Origin: Bugula neritina
Lineage: Eukaryota > Animalia > Bryozoa
Assembly (NCBI GenBank): GCA_964035545.1
Contig: OZ037767.1
Span: forward strand, 25,374,628-25,438,627
Reading direction: 5' to 3'
Length of the DNA stretch: 64,000 nt
Under the pieces are notes generated by a model. It saw nothing but the letters and a program-made list of their open reading frames with translations, did no database searches and was not told the DNA's origin. The position numbers were made by a program, and so were the translations under genes. Positions 13,325 to 25,500 of this stretch are shown here, piece by piece. Each line of letters begins with the position of its first letter. Positions within the stretch are counted from its first letter, which is position 1.

Positions 13325-16300
13325 ATGGCCGAAGCAAAATCTGGAGAAAGAGAGTGTGGATTTTGTTTGTTAAAGGAGGGTCTGGAAAACTCAAAATGTC
13401 TGCCCTGTGGCCATGTACATTGTTCGATTTGTCTAACTAGAAACATTAATGTTGATGGCCTAATGCGGTGTCCCTGGTGTAGGTATGTTGTATTGCTTAA
13501 TATGTTCAACTTAGACTAAATCCGTTTATATTGACTTTATCGTGCAGTACAATTTTCCTTGTGAATTACAATATATTTGTTGCAGAGAAGTGTTTGATGT
13601 GAATGTTGAGAGTCTACCTTCTGCAGATATAGAAGACAACTCTATGTCATGTGACATCTGCACAAAGAAAGGAATAAAGAAAGCGTTGGCAGTTACATAC
13701 TGTACTTTCTGTAGTAAACTCTTCTGTAAAAAGCACAAAGAGGTATTCTAATGTTGGTATGACTTTTTTGATGATATTATGTGCATCTTTTAGGTAGTTG
13801 ATGAAATAACACAATTTTCTCTAGTTTTAACATCTTGTATTATATAAAATTTAGTCACACGATGACACTAGTGATGACCACCGGCAGATGACCATCTCTG
13901 ACTATGGAATACAAGCCAAGAGACTGGAGAAAAGAGTTTGTCCCAAACATACAGGACATCAGATATTCTTTGGATGCAGAGTTTGTATTCACCTGTTTTG
14001 TATACAATGCTTATCCAGAGCCAACACCTGTGTTGGAGGTTTGTTACATGTTTTACATAAATTGAATTTTTTCTGTATCTTTTCTCAACATGTTTTACGA
14101 TTTTTGATGTAGCCTAAAACCTTACTCCATGTTTATGTGTGTCGCTAGTCACCATAAACTGTAAATCTATGCAAATATGCATTAGTGTGCATAAATAACT
14201 TTTACCAAGTTTTTATTACAAGTCCTCGTAGGTAAAAACCTGATTGTCAATATTTGCTAAAAACAAGTCAATTCTTTGCTGGCGATTGAGCAGCTACGGG
14301 GAAATATAACATTCTAAGCTAGTTTGCACAGTGTTATTATGCAGACAATGAAATTAAATTTTATTGTTTATTCAATTTAGTTTAAAGTTTATTTGCTAAA
14401 AATTATTTGCTAATAAAATTTTTAGTTGCAAATTTGAAGTAAATTTGCTAATTAAATTGTGATTACATTTTAACTGCCAGATTTTTCATTGCCATATTAT
14501 TTTCCCTTGTTTTTAGGTAGTAGCAATTCACTGGTATAAATGCCTGCTCATTAAGCTTCACTCATTATGTATTCTCATTTTTATGCAACTTTTCACCACT
14601 CGGAACATGTTTTCAGTAAAATGTATTTTGAATAATTAACTTATAACTCCATTTCAACTGTGTGTAACATATATTGACTGTACATTATGACCTTTATTCT
14701 CAGTTTATTGACATCCGTTTGTAACAAAAGTAGCAAAAAAGTTGAAAACAAGAATATTCAGATTGCCTCGAAAAGACAGAAAAGTGAACACAAATGCATT
14801 CATATTGATAAAATCACACTAACACTTTTTACTTCTATGTCTGATATATATCAACTGTGCTTAAAACAAGTTGTCTTTGGCTACTGTTGGCTATGCTAAT
14901 AACTGTTGATTTAAAAAGCCCACAAGTTTGAATCACTATAACTGAAATAGTAAAAAAGTAGTTCAAAATTTTAAGCAAAATTCAGCTTTGAAAATTCTCG
15001 ACCTGTTTTCTTTGGCTAATCAAAAATACGGTAACAATTTCACATAAATATTAGTACTACTGGCTACTGATTCTTGAAAATATCTTATAGCGTCACCATT
15101 TTTATCAAAGTTAGCAATGCCCAAGTCTGCTACTTTCTTAAAAGCTAAAATTGAGGCAACATTTATTTGGCACATCTTTTCTAATTTCCTACCAAATCTA
15201 TACTTGTGAATGTAGGCTCAACACATGCAATGGTTAGTCTGGATGACCTCATCAGTGAACTGGTGAATATGGAAGAGCTACTTAATACCGAAGACAAGAT
15301 TTCTTGTCTCTTTAAACAAATTTCCAAAACTGTATCTGACTTTGATACAGAGACAACAGAATCACTGGACATTCTCCATAGACAGCGTGATGAACAGGTG
15401 TGATTGCTATTATATTGTCTAGACTCTAGAATGTGTTTGTCCGCTGCTACAGTATATGAAGTGCTAGCGATGTATTTCTGCATAGTTGGCTGAGGTGAGG
15501 CTTAAGTATGAAAAACTTGAAGAGAAGTTCTTAGCTAGGAGACAGGAAACTAAAGAAGCAATGGATGCATACATGGAGAGAGAAGTTGGAACTGTTTTGT
15601 CTGAACTGAGTAAAAGTAGAATGAAAATAGAAGCTCAACTCAGACACAACAATCAGGTGTGTAGAGTCAAAACACAGATAATATATGGAAAGATGCTGCA
15701 TAATTAACTACTAATAGAGTAGTTTTTGACATAGGGAGCAGCGCTGGTCTAGGGGTTAGAACGTGAACCAGAGTTTATGGGCTCAACCCTCATTAAAGAC
15801 CATTGGTGATGTTAGGAATAACTTCTAGTCATAATTGCTCTTATGCCACATAAAAATAAGTCCTTAGCCCAATTTTAAAAAATAAACTTTTTCATCAGGG
15901 GTTCTTACAGGGATATTGACCTCTATTTACAGATTGATCTAGTTGAAGGATATGCAGAGATTAAAGATGAGATACAGAGACTGGTATCAATTGAGATACC
16001 TGAATTAGAACTGTGTGGTGTAATGTCTCTGGAGGTCAAAGGTTAGTACGAGATGACTCAATTATATATTAATATAGTGGTATGGCGGAGTGTGTTGACT
16101 ATATAATAGAAAATGCTTTTAGTAGCATGTAAATCAAGATACACCATAAGTTTAAGAGCCATTTGCCAGCATTCAAGCAACCATACTTACTAATATGTAT
16201 GAAGAGTAGAACATCACGACGCGTTCACACTAATATTGTAACTATATACCAGCTTCATGGCATTATTTACTGAGTAGAGATCGTGGAAAAAATTCGATTC

Positions 16301-17610
16301 ACTTCTACACTATTGAATACTCTCTACTAGACTATAATTTGAAGTGTAACAATTGTTATATAGCTATTCAACTATAAATTAAGATTTTTCTACCCATAAT
16401 TTATTTTAATAATAATTTGATTCTACAATGTATGTATAGATACACTTGTTTACATTATATACTTCGCAGGAGAAAAGAGAGACGTAGAGGTAGATGTAGT
16501 TTCTGCAACAGATATATCTATTAGTTTAGATCGAGGAGTGACAACTTCTACTCTTCCTAAATCTCTCAAACTTCTACAGTCTACTGATGTTTCTAATTAT
16601 TGTTTTGCTGTCTGCAAGTATGAGAGTAGCACTTATGTGGGACTATGTGGTGGTAAAATAGACAGAGTCGACGAGAACTGTAGTGGCACTCAGTCATTTG
16701 TTGCAGTTAGTGGCAATGTGTTTGGTATTGCAGAATATGAAGGTCAGCTTTATACTCTAGTTTCTATCAGCCACAATAACTGGAAGGTAAATGTGTATGA
16801 CCTTAGTGGGAATCAGGTGACCAGCTGGTCGCATAGTGAGAATATTGAGTGGAGCAGTAAGCTGGCAATTGTCGGTAATCTAGTTGTGGCCGCTGATAGA
16901 CATAGCAAACGACTCACAATCTACTCTCTTACTGGAGAGGTAATAAAACATGTGTCCTGCTCTCTACTTAGTGATGGTGATGTAGCTGTATGTGCAGCAG
17001 ACAGACAATGTGTAGTAGTTTCTGATAGTAAGTCCTCTCAAGTATTTAAGTTGGACTTGACGACAGAGAAACTCATCTGGACATCTAAGGCTGTGTCTGA
17101 ACCAAAAGGTGTGACCTGCTATAAGAGGAAATATACTCTTGTGACCAACTGGAGCAGTAAAACAACCATTTGGATACTGGATGTAAAGACAGGTGAGTTA
17201 TGTATGTTCTACTATCTTTTTATGAAAATTCACAACATGCATTCACACGCGCACACATTGTAATTTGCATACATTCTACTGCTCCCAGTTTGTATGGCAA
17301 ATTAAAAGTAACTGCCTTGTACAATTATAATATTATAATTAGTGAAAAATCAACATCTATAAAAGTATAAAAATCCTTAGCGTGATAAAATGCAACATAG
17401 TCTTGCATGTAGTTAGGGTACTGATTAACATTAATAGAATATCAAACAGAGTTTATGACATCATTTCCTGTTACAGGCATGCGACTGTCCAAAATAGAAG
17501 ATACTGCTGTTAGAGGGAGTAGTAATGTACTTGATCTCCATGTGTATAGAGACACTCTGGTTGTACCTAGATGTAATGAGAAGAAAGTTCTGTTGTACCA
17601 ACTGGCCTAA
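13325..17610 (+). CDS. TRIM-like E3 ligase: C3HC4 RING, two B-boxes, coiled coil, C-terminal NHL-like beta-propeller
   Basis: Eight exons (13325-13482, 13586-13742, 13856-14038, 15216-15397, 15486-15656, 15934-16041, 16470-17192, 17477-17610) join in frame to TAA. RING CGFC..CLPCGHVHCSIC..CPWC; B-boxes CDIC..CTFCSKLFCKKH and CPKH..CRVCIHLFCIQC; propeller-type strands (VNVYDLSGNQV, LTIYSLTGEVI, IWILDVKTG). Confidence 0.9.
15734..15925 (+). mobile_element. tRNA-derived SINE copy 1 (TRIM intron 5)
   Basis: Degenerate A box (TGGTCTAGGGGTTAGA) and B box (GGGCTCAACCC); core ATAATTGCTCTTATGCCACAT shared with the copy at 45564. Confidence 0.65.
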
Positions 17611-18330
17611 TATTATGTAATACTCCGTTTACTAGCCAAGAGAGACCACAAAGTTATTCATTGCATTAGTATTTTATTTATTGAGTTTGGACAAATCACT
17701 AAATTTAGACCTTTTTTTAGAATATACATATATTTAGTTTGTCACTTTTAAATTTTAAAATAGTTTCTGGGACCATCATCTTTGTTTTAGCAATTCAACT
17801 TTTTCGGATTTTTAAAACATAATATTTTATAAGATAATGCAAAAAAGTCTCCATGCTAAATGGTATCCGATAACATCTTATATAAGCACAGTATTTACCA
17901 GTTTTATTCCTAAAGATACAGCTGTATATACTACACAGAGCCTTGCTAGTAAATGCACCTTTTAGCTGTAGGTTTTCGCTAATTTGAGAACAAACCTTAG
18001 ACTGAGTTCTTCAACAACAATGTTGTAATTATCTGAAACAAACATGGTATCTTCCTAAATGCATGGACTGTGTAAGATTTGAGAACTCAGTGGGAATACA
18101 CCAATATGAAGGGGCACAATTCTTAGTTACTTAGTTCTAATAATCTACTGTCATATTATTTATATAATAGAGCTAGATGTCATTGTATGAAGGGTGTTCA
18201 AACTTGCTAGTGGTATATTATTTTCTTCACAGCCCTTATTATAATTATCACTATGCTATATATGCTCTAATATGTAGCACTAAGCTGTGTTTTTATCAGT
18301 CCTGGCAGTGTAATAACAGCTGTTACCTTT

Positions 18331-18464
18331 GAATTGTTCTATAAGCAGCTCAGATTTGGAAGTGAATGAGCGCAGTAGTTGGGGGCCCCCAAGTTCAAAC
18401 TTGAGAACCCCAAACTAGTGCACCTGGTCCAACCCCCAACTCGGAGCTGCTTGTAGAACAATTC
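18331..18464. mobile_element. 134-bp MITE with 21-bp TIRs and a target-site duplication
   Basis: TIR GAATTGTTCTA(T/C)AAGCAGCTC with 1 mismatch; flanks GTTACCTTT / ATTACCTTT. Confidence 0.85.
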
Positions 18465-19505
18465 ATTACCTTTAGATGGAAATTTTGGTATACAAATGAC
18501 AGAAGAGTTGTCTTCACTCTCAAAATGCCTAAATTGAAGCTAATATTTACTTTTTATTGTCGGTTTTATGACTAAAATGACTTTCAATGAGGTGTTCTAC
18601 TAATCATACCGGTATTTTTCTGATGTGTGAAAGTTATTTTAATTACTTTAATACGTATCAACTAAAAAATAATGGACTAACAGTAAACATCAATAGCGGT
18701 ATATATGCCTGCTGGTGTGCATGTGTTACTTATACACATCTGCTACTTTTATCTATAATCTATAATATATCATTTCTATCTTATTGAAAGAAAATCTAAA
18801 ACAAAATTTACATAATTTATGGATAAACTGAAACATATATACATTGGTTGCCGTCACGGTTCTGTTAAAAAGTAAAAAGTAATGTTGACATTTGACACAT
18901 TTTTATGTTTACTATTTGCTTTGAAAATTATAACGTGCATGTTTTGAGGTTAATATTAGTTCTAACTTCTAACTCTGTCATTAAAATGGTCTGCATTTTT
19001 AATTTGTCAGATATTATAAAGCCTGAAAATCTCTTTTACTAGCATGCTTTTCATAAATATTACAATATTATATAAATTTAAATCACACATGTCAAGTTAG
19101 CTGAATTTAGTATCACAATAAAGTGTGTTGAATACACGCCACAGTATGGCTGTCACTTGATGAATAGTTGGCATGTCTGTTTATCTTTGTCCTCAATGAT
19201 TGATTCCCTGCGTATACATGGACATTTAGCCTGATGCTCACCCATGCAGGTAATACAGATTATTATCAGGCATTAATATAAGGAGCGCAACCCTTTAAAC
19301 ACTGCAGGTGTCGCTGCATTGCCCTGAGTAGATTACCTCGCATTATGTTTTAGATTAGAATTGGGTTTTAATCCAAAAACATTACATTTTATTACAGGTT
19401 TTTTGTACTAATTAACATATAGAGTTTAGTTTTTATGACAACTAACTTCGTCTCTAAACTGCATCTACCATTTGTACACTTAACTGCAAACTTGTACTGA
19501 GAAGA

Positions 19506-22500
19506 ATGAAGACCTATCTATTCGGCTTGTTCCTTTTAGGTAAGCATAGATTCCATTCCGTAGACCTAGAGTGATAAGCTTTTATGAAATATCATCCTAG
19601 TATATTGGGCTATATGTTACTATGCTATCACTAGATGCAATGTTTGTAATAGACAGAAGCTGATGTCTCTTTTATTGTATGCTGTGAGTACAAGTGAGCC
19701 TTCTCTTTCATACCTGAAATAATGAATGTGCTCAAGTGTTTCAATTGACTAGAATATTATTTACTTATTTAAAAATTTAGTCAACAGTTCAGCTTTCTCA
19801 ACATGCTGAAACTCATTGTGTTTGAGGTTGTTGAATCTTACTAGTACGTGTAAAGCATTTTATTAAAAGTCTAAAGTCTAAACCAACATATAAAGATTGT
19901 CTAATTTTGCACATAATTTGGCCTGCAAGATTATAGTTGTACCCACATGACCATATCTAGTAAAAATTTGAAAGAATAAATTTGAAACCAGTTTATATAG
20001 ATTCCAATGATAAATCAGCTACCCCATGAATAATGATGCTAAATAATGTGGATATGGTGCCACTCTAATAGCCTATATGCTTTTCAAGCATGTTTCAATT
20101 TGGGACTTGCTATGGAAGATATCAAATGTAGCTATTCTCCATGCCCACAATGCCTTACATTATAACCCATTTTGTTATATACTGTATATATAAGGTCATT
20201 TCTAAAGTAATTCTATGCATTTTTACTTTCTTACTTGAACAATAAATTAGTTGACATATATAGAATGTGTACAGGTTGTGGTCCACTATAATACAGTGGA
20301 CTAATATTACTTTGCTATGATCTATCCATAGTCATAGACTAGCTTGTGGGCTACTAACTTCCAGTCAGCTAAAAGAATAAAGTACTGTACCAACAGTAAT
20401 GTGCAATATTCAACAACTTCTTTGTGGAAAACTTACAAAGGACTGAACAAAAGTGACTCCATTTCCTATTCATTCATACAGCATTAATTAGGGATATTGA
20501 TTGTTATCAGTGTGTACTTGATGTTTATAGCTTGCAAATAAAAGCTGCTGCTGTAAAGTTGATCTGATTATGTAAGCAAATTTAACGTTTCAGCTGTCAC
20601 CACGAACAACTAAGCTGTCAAGTCTAACTCTACAGTCAAACTTGACAGTTTGCAGTGACTCTAGAGTTGAACTTGATAGCAGTGACTCTAGGGTCAAACT
20701 TGTCAGTTAATAGTGACTTTAGAGTCTAGAAGTAGACATAAGAGTAAAAACTCTTTTTAGTTCCAATAACAAAAGTAGAAAAACTGTCGGCTCTAAAACT
20801 AATAAAAGATCGTTTTAGTCTCTCAAATTTTAAAAATATGTACTTTCAATTTGAAGATTTTACAGGTTTACATGAATAAGCAGGCCTATGTAGGTGTCCC
20901 ATAAACTTATAATTAGCCAGATATAGATGCTAAATTATCTCTAAACATATTACTAGTCATAAAATGGTGGTTCTAAATTGAGTTCATCTGTTGGGATCAA
21001 TTCAACAGCTGCAGCTGAGTTTGCCCAGATTTAGATTTGAAACATTGAAGGCCTTAATTACATTAAAAATGCTAAAACTGTCTAAACTTATAGTTCTATT
21101 ATGTGTGCTACTTGGAAATTTATATTTATGCTTTCCTTTTTGTATTCATGTCTAAGCCTCAACTTGGTTGTGTCCTTAAACGACTTAGACAATGCTTTTG
21201 ATAAATACCCAAATGACTTTACTTAGCCACTATAGTTCTCATACTCTTATATATGCTCATACAGAACAGAGGTCCAACATGATCTTGCATATGTTCATCA
21301 TAATCTACCAGGCCTGGTGCTTTAATAAGACTTTACTAACTAATAAATAACACCAACCTTGTAACAAAAGTGCCATAAGTTATAAATGGTACATTCAGCT
21401 TTGGCTGTTGTATGAGTTAGTGCTGCATATAAATATGAAAATATCCTCACAATGTTTGAGCATGAGTTTGAGAGGACAGAATATTATCTATAGATTCTAT
21501 GTAGGTCTAGGTCATTAATTGAATGTTTTATACATAAAATTGCATGTAGGGTTACTATAAAGTTAAACCATAAATTATTTATTTTCCTAAGCCCAACACA
21601 TCTGCGCTTACTCTAAGCCCATTTACAGTTCAATAAATTAGTATTAAACTTTTTAATTTTTAATGTAACTTTGACCATTAATCGTTTTATCAAGCCAATA
21701 CTACTGTGTTAGCCAAAAGAAATTATGCCACTTTGAGAAGCCGCAAGTGCCTCAAGAGAGCACAAGATGCCAGACTGAGATGCTTTATACATACAACTCA
21801 ATATACTAAGATAATGATGCCCAAACAAAACTTAACTTTTGGGTAACAGTATTGGCTAAAGAAAATCTTCCATGTTGGTGAAGTTTTGGTTAAAAAGGAA
21901 ACAGGATTGGAAAATAGGCAATTAATCAGATTTTTTAGTTTTGAAGTTGACAGTTAGGGAGAGCTGCAATTGTATATATTAACCACTATATAAATGAATT
22001 TAAGCTTGAGGAAAGCCCTGGCTGTACATGCATGACATCTTTGGTTGTCAAAACCTGGAGATCAACAGAAATCAAAATGATTTACTGCCCAGAGTTTTCT
22101 CAAAGGATTATTGCATTAAACTGATCAGTGAATATTTGACTAAAGATATTTCAATATCTTGATTTTGTAATTATAGATTAGGAGTGTGTAAGTTCTTCCA
22201 TATTTCCAGCCTAAACTTATGAAGTTTTAAAAGCATGATTTTTAGCTGAAAAATCTATATAATAAATTTAGACGGATTTTATTTGGAGAAGAAGTATTCC
22301 ACCTTGTGAAGCTGTAAAATTTGAATTTTGTTATAAGAGAAATTCCATGGTGTATATTAAATGTACAAGGCCCAAGCCTGAGTAACATATTATCTAGCTG
22401 TCATCTATACTTGCATAATATTTATTATTCAGTACACAAACATACTAATTGTGTTATTCTGATTGACAATAGCACCATCAATGTCACAAAGTTGATATAG

Positions 22501-25500
22501 CCTTGAGGGCTTTCTCACTGTCACATAACAGACAACAGCTGTAAGAAATTTCCCATAACTAGTAATTATTTGTGAGACATATTGCTTTATGTATCTTTTA
22601 TCTACAATGATTAGATCTCAATTATTTTAACACGGTGTGTCAACATTTTCAGGACAGCCAGCTTTTTTAGCGTATGACTCACTCAGTGATTAAGACAAAG
22701 ACTGTCATAGACTGACTGACCTGCCCTTTTGTCTCCAATGTTTGTCTTTATGAATTCTAGAAGCCAAATAAAACTTGGAATAATATGACTGCTTGAGTTC
22801 ATAACAGAAAGGGATAACAATGATAAGTCTCATATAATTTGTTAACAATGAAAGCTAGTTGATCAGTTGATCGTACAATGCATTGTATATGCTATAATAC
22901 CCCGTAGGCCGTAACAGCAAATATCAGCCATTTTTACAACTGTCTGAGCTTCCTGTACGGTGTTGCGGTACGGTAAGATCAAGCACTGCTTGATTCAAAT
23001 AAGTTGCGGCGGACTCCTATTGGACAGAAAAACTTTTGCATTAATTCATTGGATATAATTGTCCAATGAAGTGTTATAGATTGTACCTAATAGCAAACTT
23101 TGAAAACTTCAGCTCGGACACATTAAAAATGGCTGATATTTGCTGTTACGGCGTACGATACGGTGAATAAGTGTGAATAAGGGGATATTGTGTTAGTCAC
23201 AGCAGTTGGTATACCTAAATTAACATATAATATACCACTAACTGTTTAATAAGGTAAAAGCACCACAATAATTTAATAATACTTGAATAATAAATTATGA
23301 ATCACCATATCATTATAATATCTGCAGCTATAGCCTCCAAACAAATATCAGTAGGACTGTTGTGAAACTATGTTCCAAATTTAAATCTCAGTTCATCAAA
23401 AAATCTATTATTATTATTATATAAGAACTTTTCAGCCTATTTGTAAAACCTGAGTGCATAATGCATAGAATGCTCAATCAGACTAAAGAATTTTAGGAAA
23501 TTATGTCTGACAATCATGAATCAAAATAATTCAATCTATGTTATACATACTTTATATTGAGTGGCTCATTCAGACAGAGAAATATTTTACATGCATTTCA
23601 TAATCTCCCAAATCTTCAATTTCTCAAACATACCGGCTAGCTAAATTAGGTGCATCAGCTGTATTTTATTTTCCTGTATGCTAGTTAGTTATACAAGTTA
23701 CTAGGGCTATGATATTCAGCACTACTGTTATTATAATGCAATTATTATTGGTTGCATCAAGGCCTGTGGTCTAAAATGACTTTTTGACAGGTTATGAAGA
23801 ATAAGAACTTGTAGACTAAAAGTCACATGTATATAATAACATTAGTCATGTTTTTGTTTGGCAACCTTAAGCTTAGACAAGCTAATGTTTGTTTTCAAAT
23901 AAATTACAAAATTGCAAAATCACCAAAGTGGCAATAAATGGTTATTAGGAAAAATTATAAAGATTATTAATTAGATTAGCTTATACTTGCATGGTTGATG
24001 AACTTTCTTTTCAAAGTTTACATACATATAATCTGCATGTATATATTATAGAACATATTGAATACATCTTGAATTTATAGCTTGTTTCTTTGTTTAAACA
24101 TTTGGTTGTTGTTAGAACAGAAAAAAATAAGTTTAACAGTCTTTTTTCAAAAAAACTCATTGCACACAGTTAGATACATAAGTTGTAATAATATATGGAG
24201 GCTTTGGTTCAAGATATGACCACCAGAACTGTTGGGTATCAAAGCCTGAGTAAGTGAACAAAATAACATTTCTCCTAAAGCTTTTCTCAAGTTTAATCTG
24301 CACTGTCTAAAGTCAAGTTTGCTGATAATTTGGATTGATTTAATGTCCAAAAGTTATAGAAATTTTTGGTGAACATAATTATTGTTTTGTATTTTTCTTG
24401 CTAAATTCTAGTAATTATCCTGAATTTGAAATTAAAATATTAGGTTTTTATAAAACCATTATACATTATAAAAAACTCAACACCAGAAAAGTTGGAGATA
24501 TTAATGTTGTAATACTTCTGTGTAATGCTTACTATAATAACTCTTTTCATTTTTCATACTTTTTGTAGGGGCTGCAGTACTTTCTAAAGCCACGTCTGAA
24601 CAACTGGCCTTGTGCTTAAATGTGGATGGTTATTCTTTAACTCCTAAATGCGAATCACCATTGACAATCAAGGTAAATTACATATTATAAATGCAGTACT
24701 GAAGAAATTTCATTAGCCTAAGCTCTTTAATGTTTTATTAAACTCAAGTCTGGGACATGGATTTAAATTCTTGCAAGCACATAGCTTCTTTTGCTACCTT
24801 TTTTATCTAGAGTTCAGGTGATTTTTCAATTTCCTTTTTACTTCATCTACCTTGTGATTTAATTAAATACCATAATTTAAATTAGTTATCATTGCTTTTA
24901 AACATAGAATAGACTTTTACTGTTAAATTATAAGTAACATAATAAGCACGAAACTATTTTATGTTGGTTTACTGATCATTCAAATGTTAACATTTTAGCC
25001 AACACATGAATTCTAAGCTTGGAACTTGTACTAGTTAAAGACTGATTGAAATTTATATTATTATTTCAAATTTTAGTTCCTATGTCAATGTAAATTTAAA
25101 GAAGCAATAAGATGCTAAACATTTTTCTGATGTCTAACATTATTAAGAAATATAAGATTTAATAGATATATCATTTGAATGACATGTATATCTAAAAAGC
25201 CAAGTCTGTATGTTTAAGAATCGCTATATATATATAGCTAATAAAGGAATAACATGCTATATTTCAATGTCAACCTTGCCTACTGCAATATTATGTCAAG
25301 AATAAATAATATCCTTAATTGTAGCTTGAGAGTATCACTTATGCAGTAAACAATGAGTCATGTAGTGGGGGGTGTTGCACGGAGCCCAATAAAATACTGT
25401 GTGAAGAAACAGGAAGTCTAACTCAGGGTGTGTTGGAAAGCTGTGATGGGAAGCAGACGTGTACATTAGAGAGTGGGACAGACATCATTGCTGTAGACAT

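Noticed and set aside
15734-15810. tRNA gene
   Set aside because: Degenerate boxes, no full cloverleaf, and a non-tRNA core shared with a second copy; treated as a SINE.
25311-25324. U12-type branch point TCCTTAAT before an acceptor
   Set aside because: Too close to the AG, and the matching donor (GTAAAT) is U2-type.
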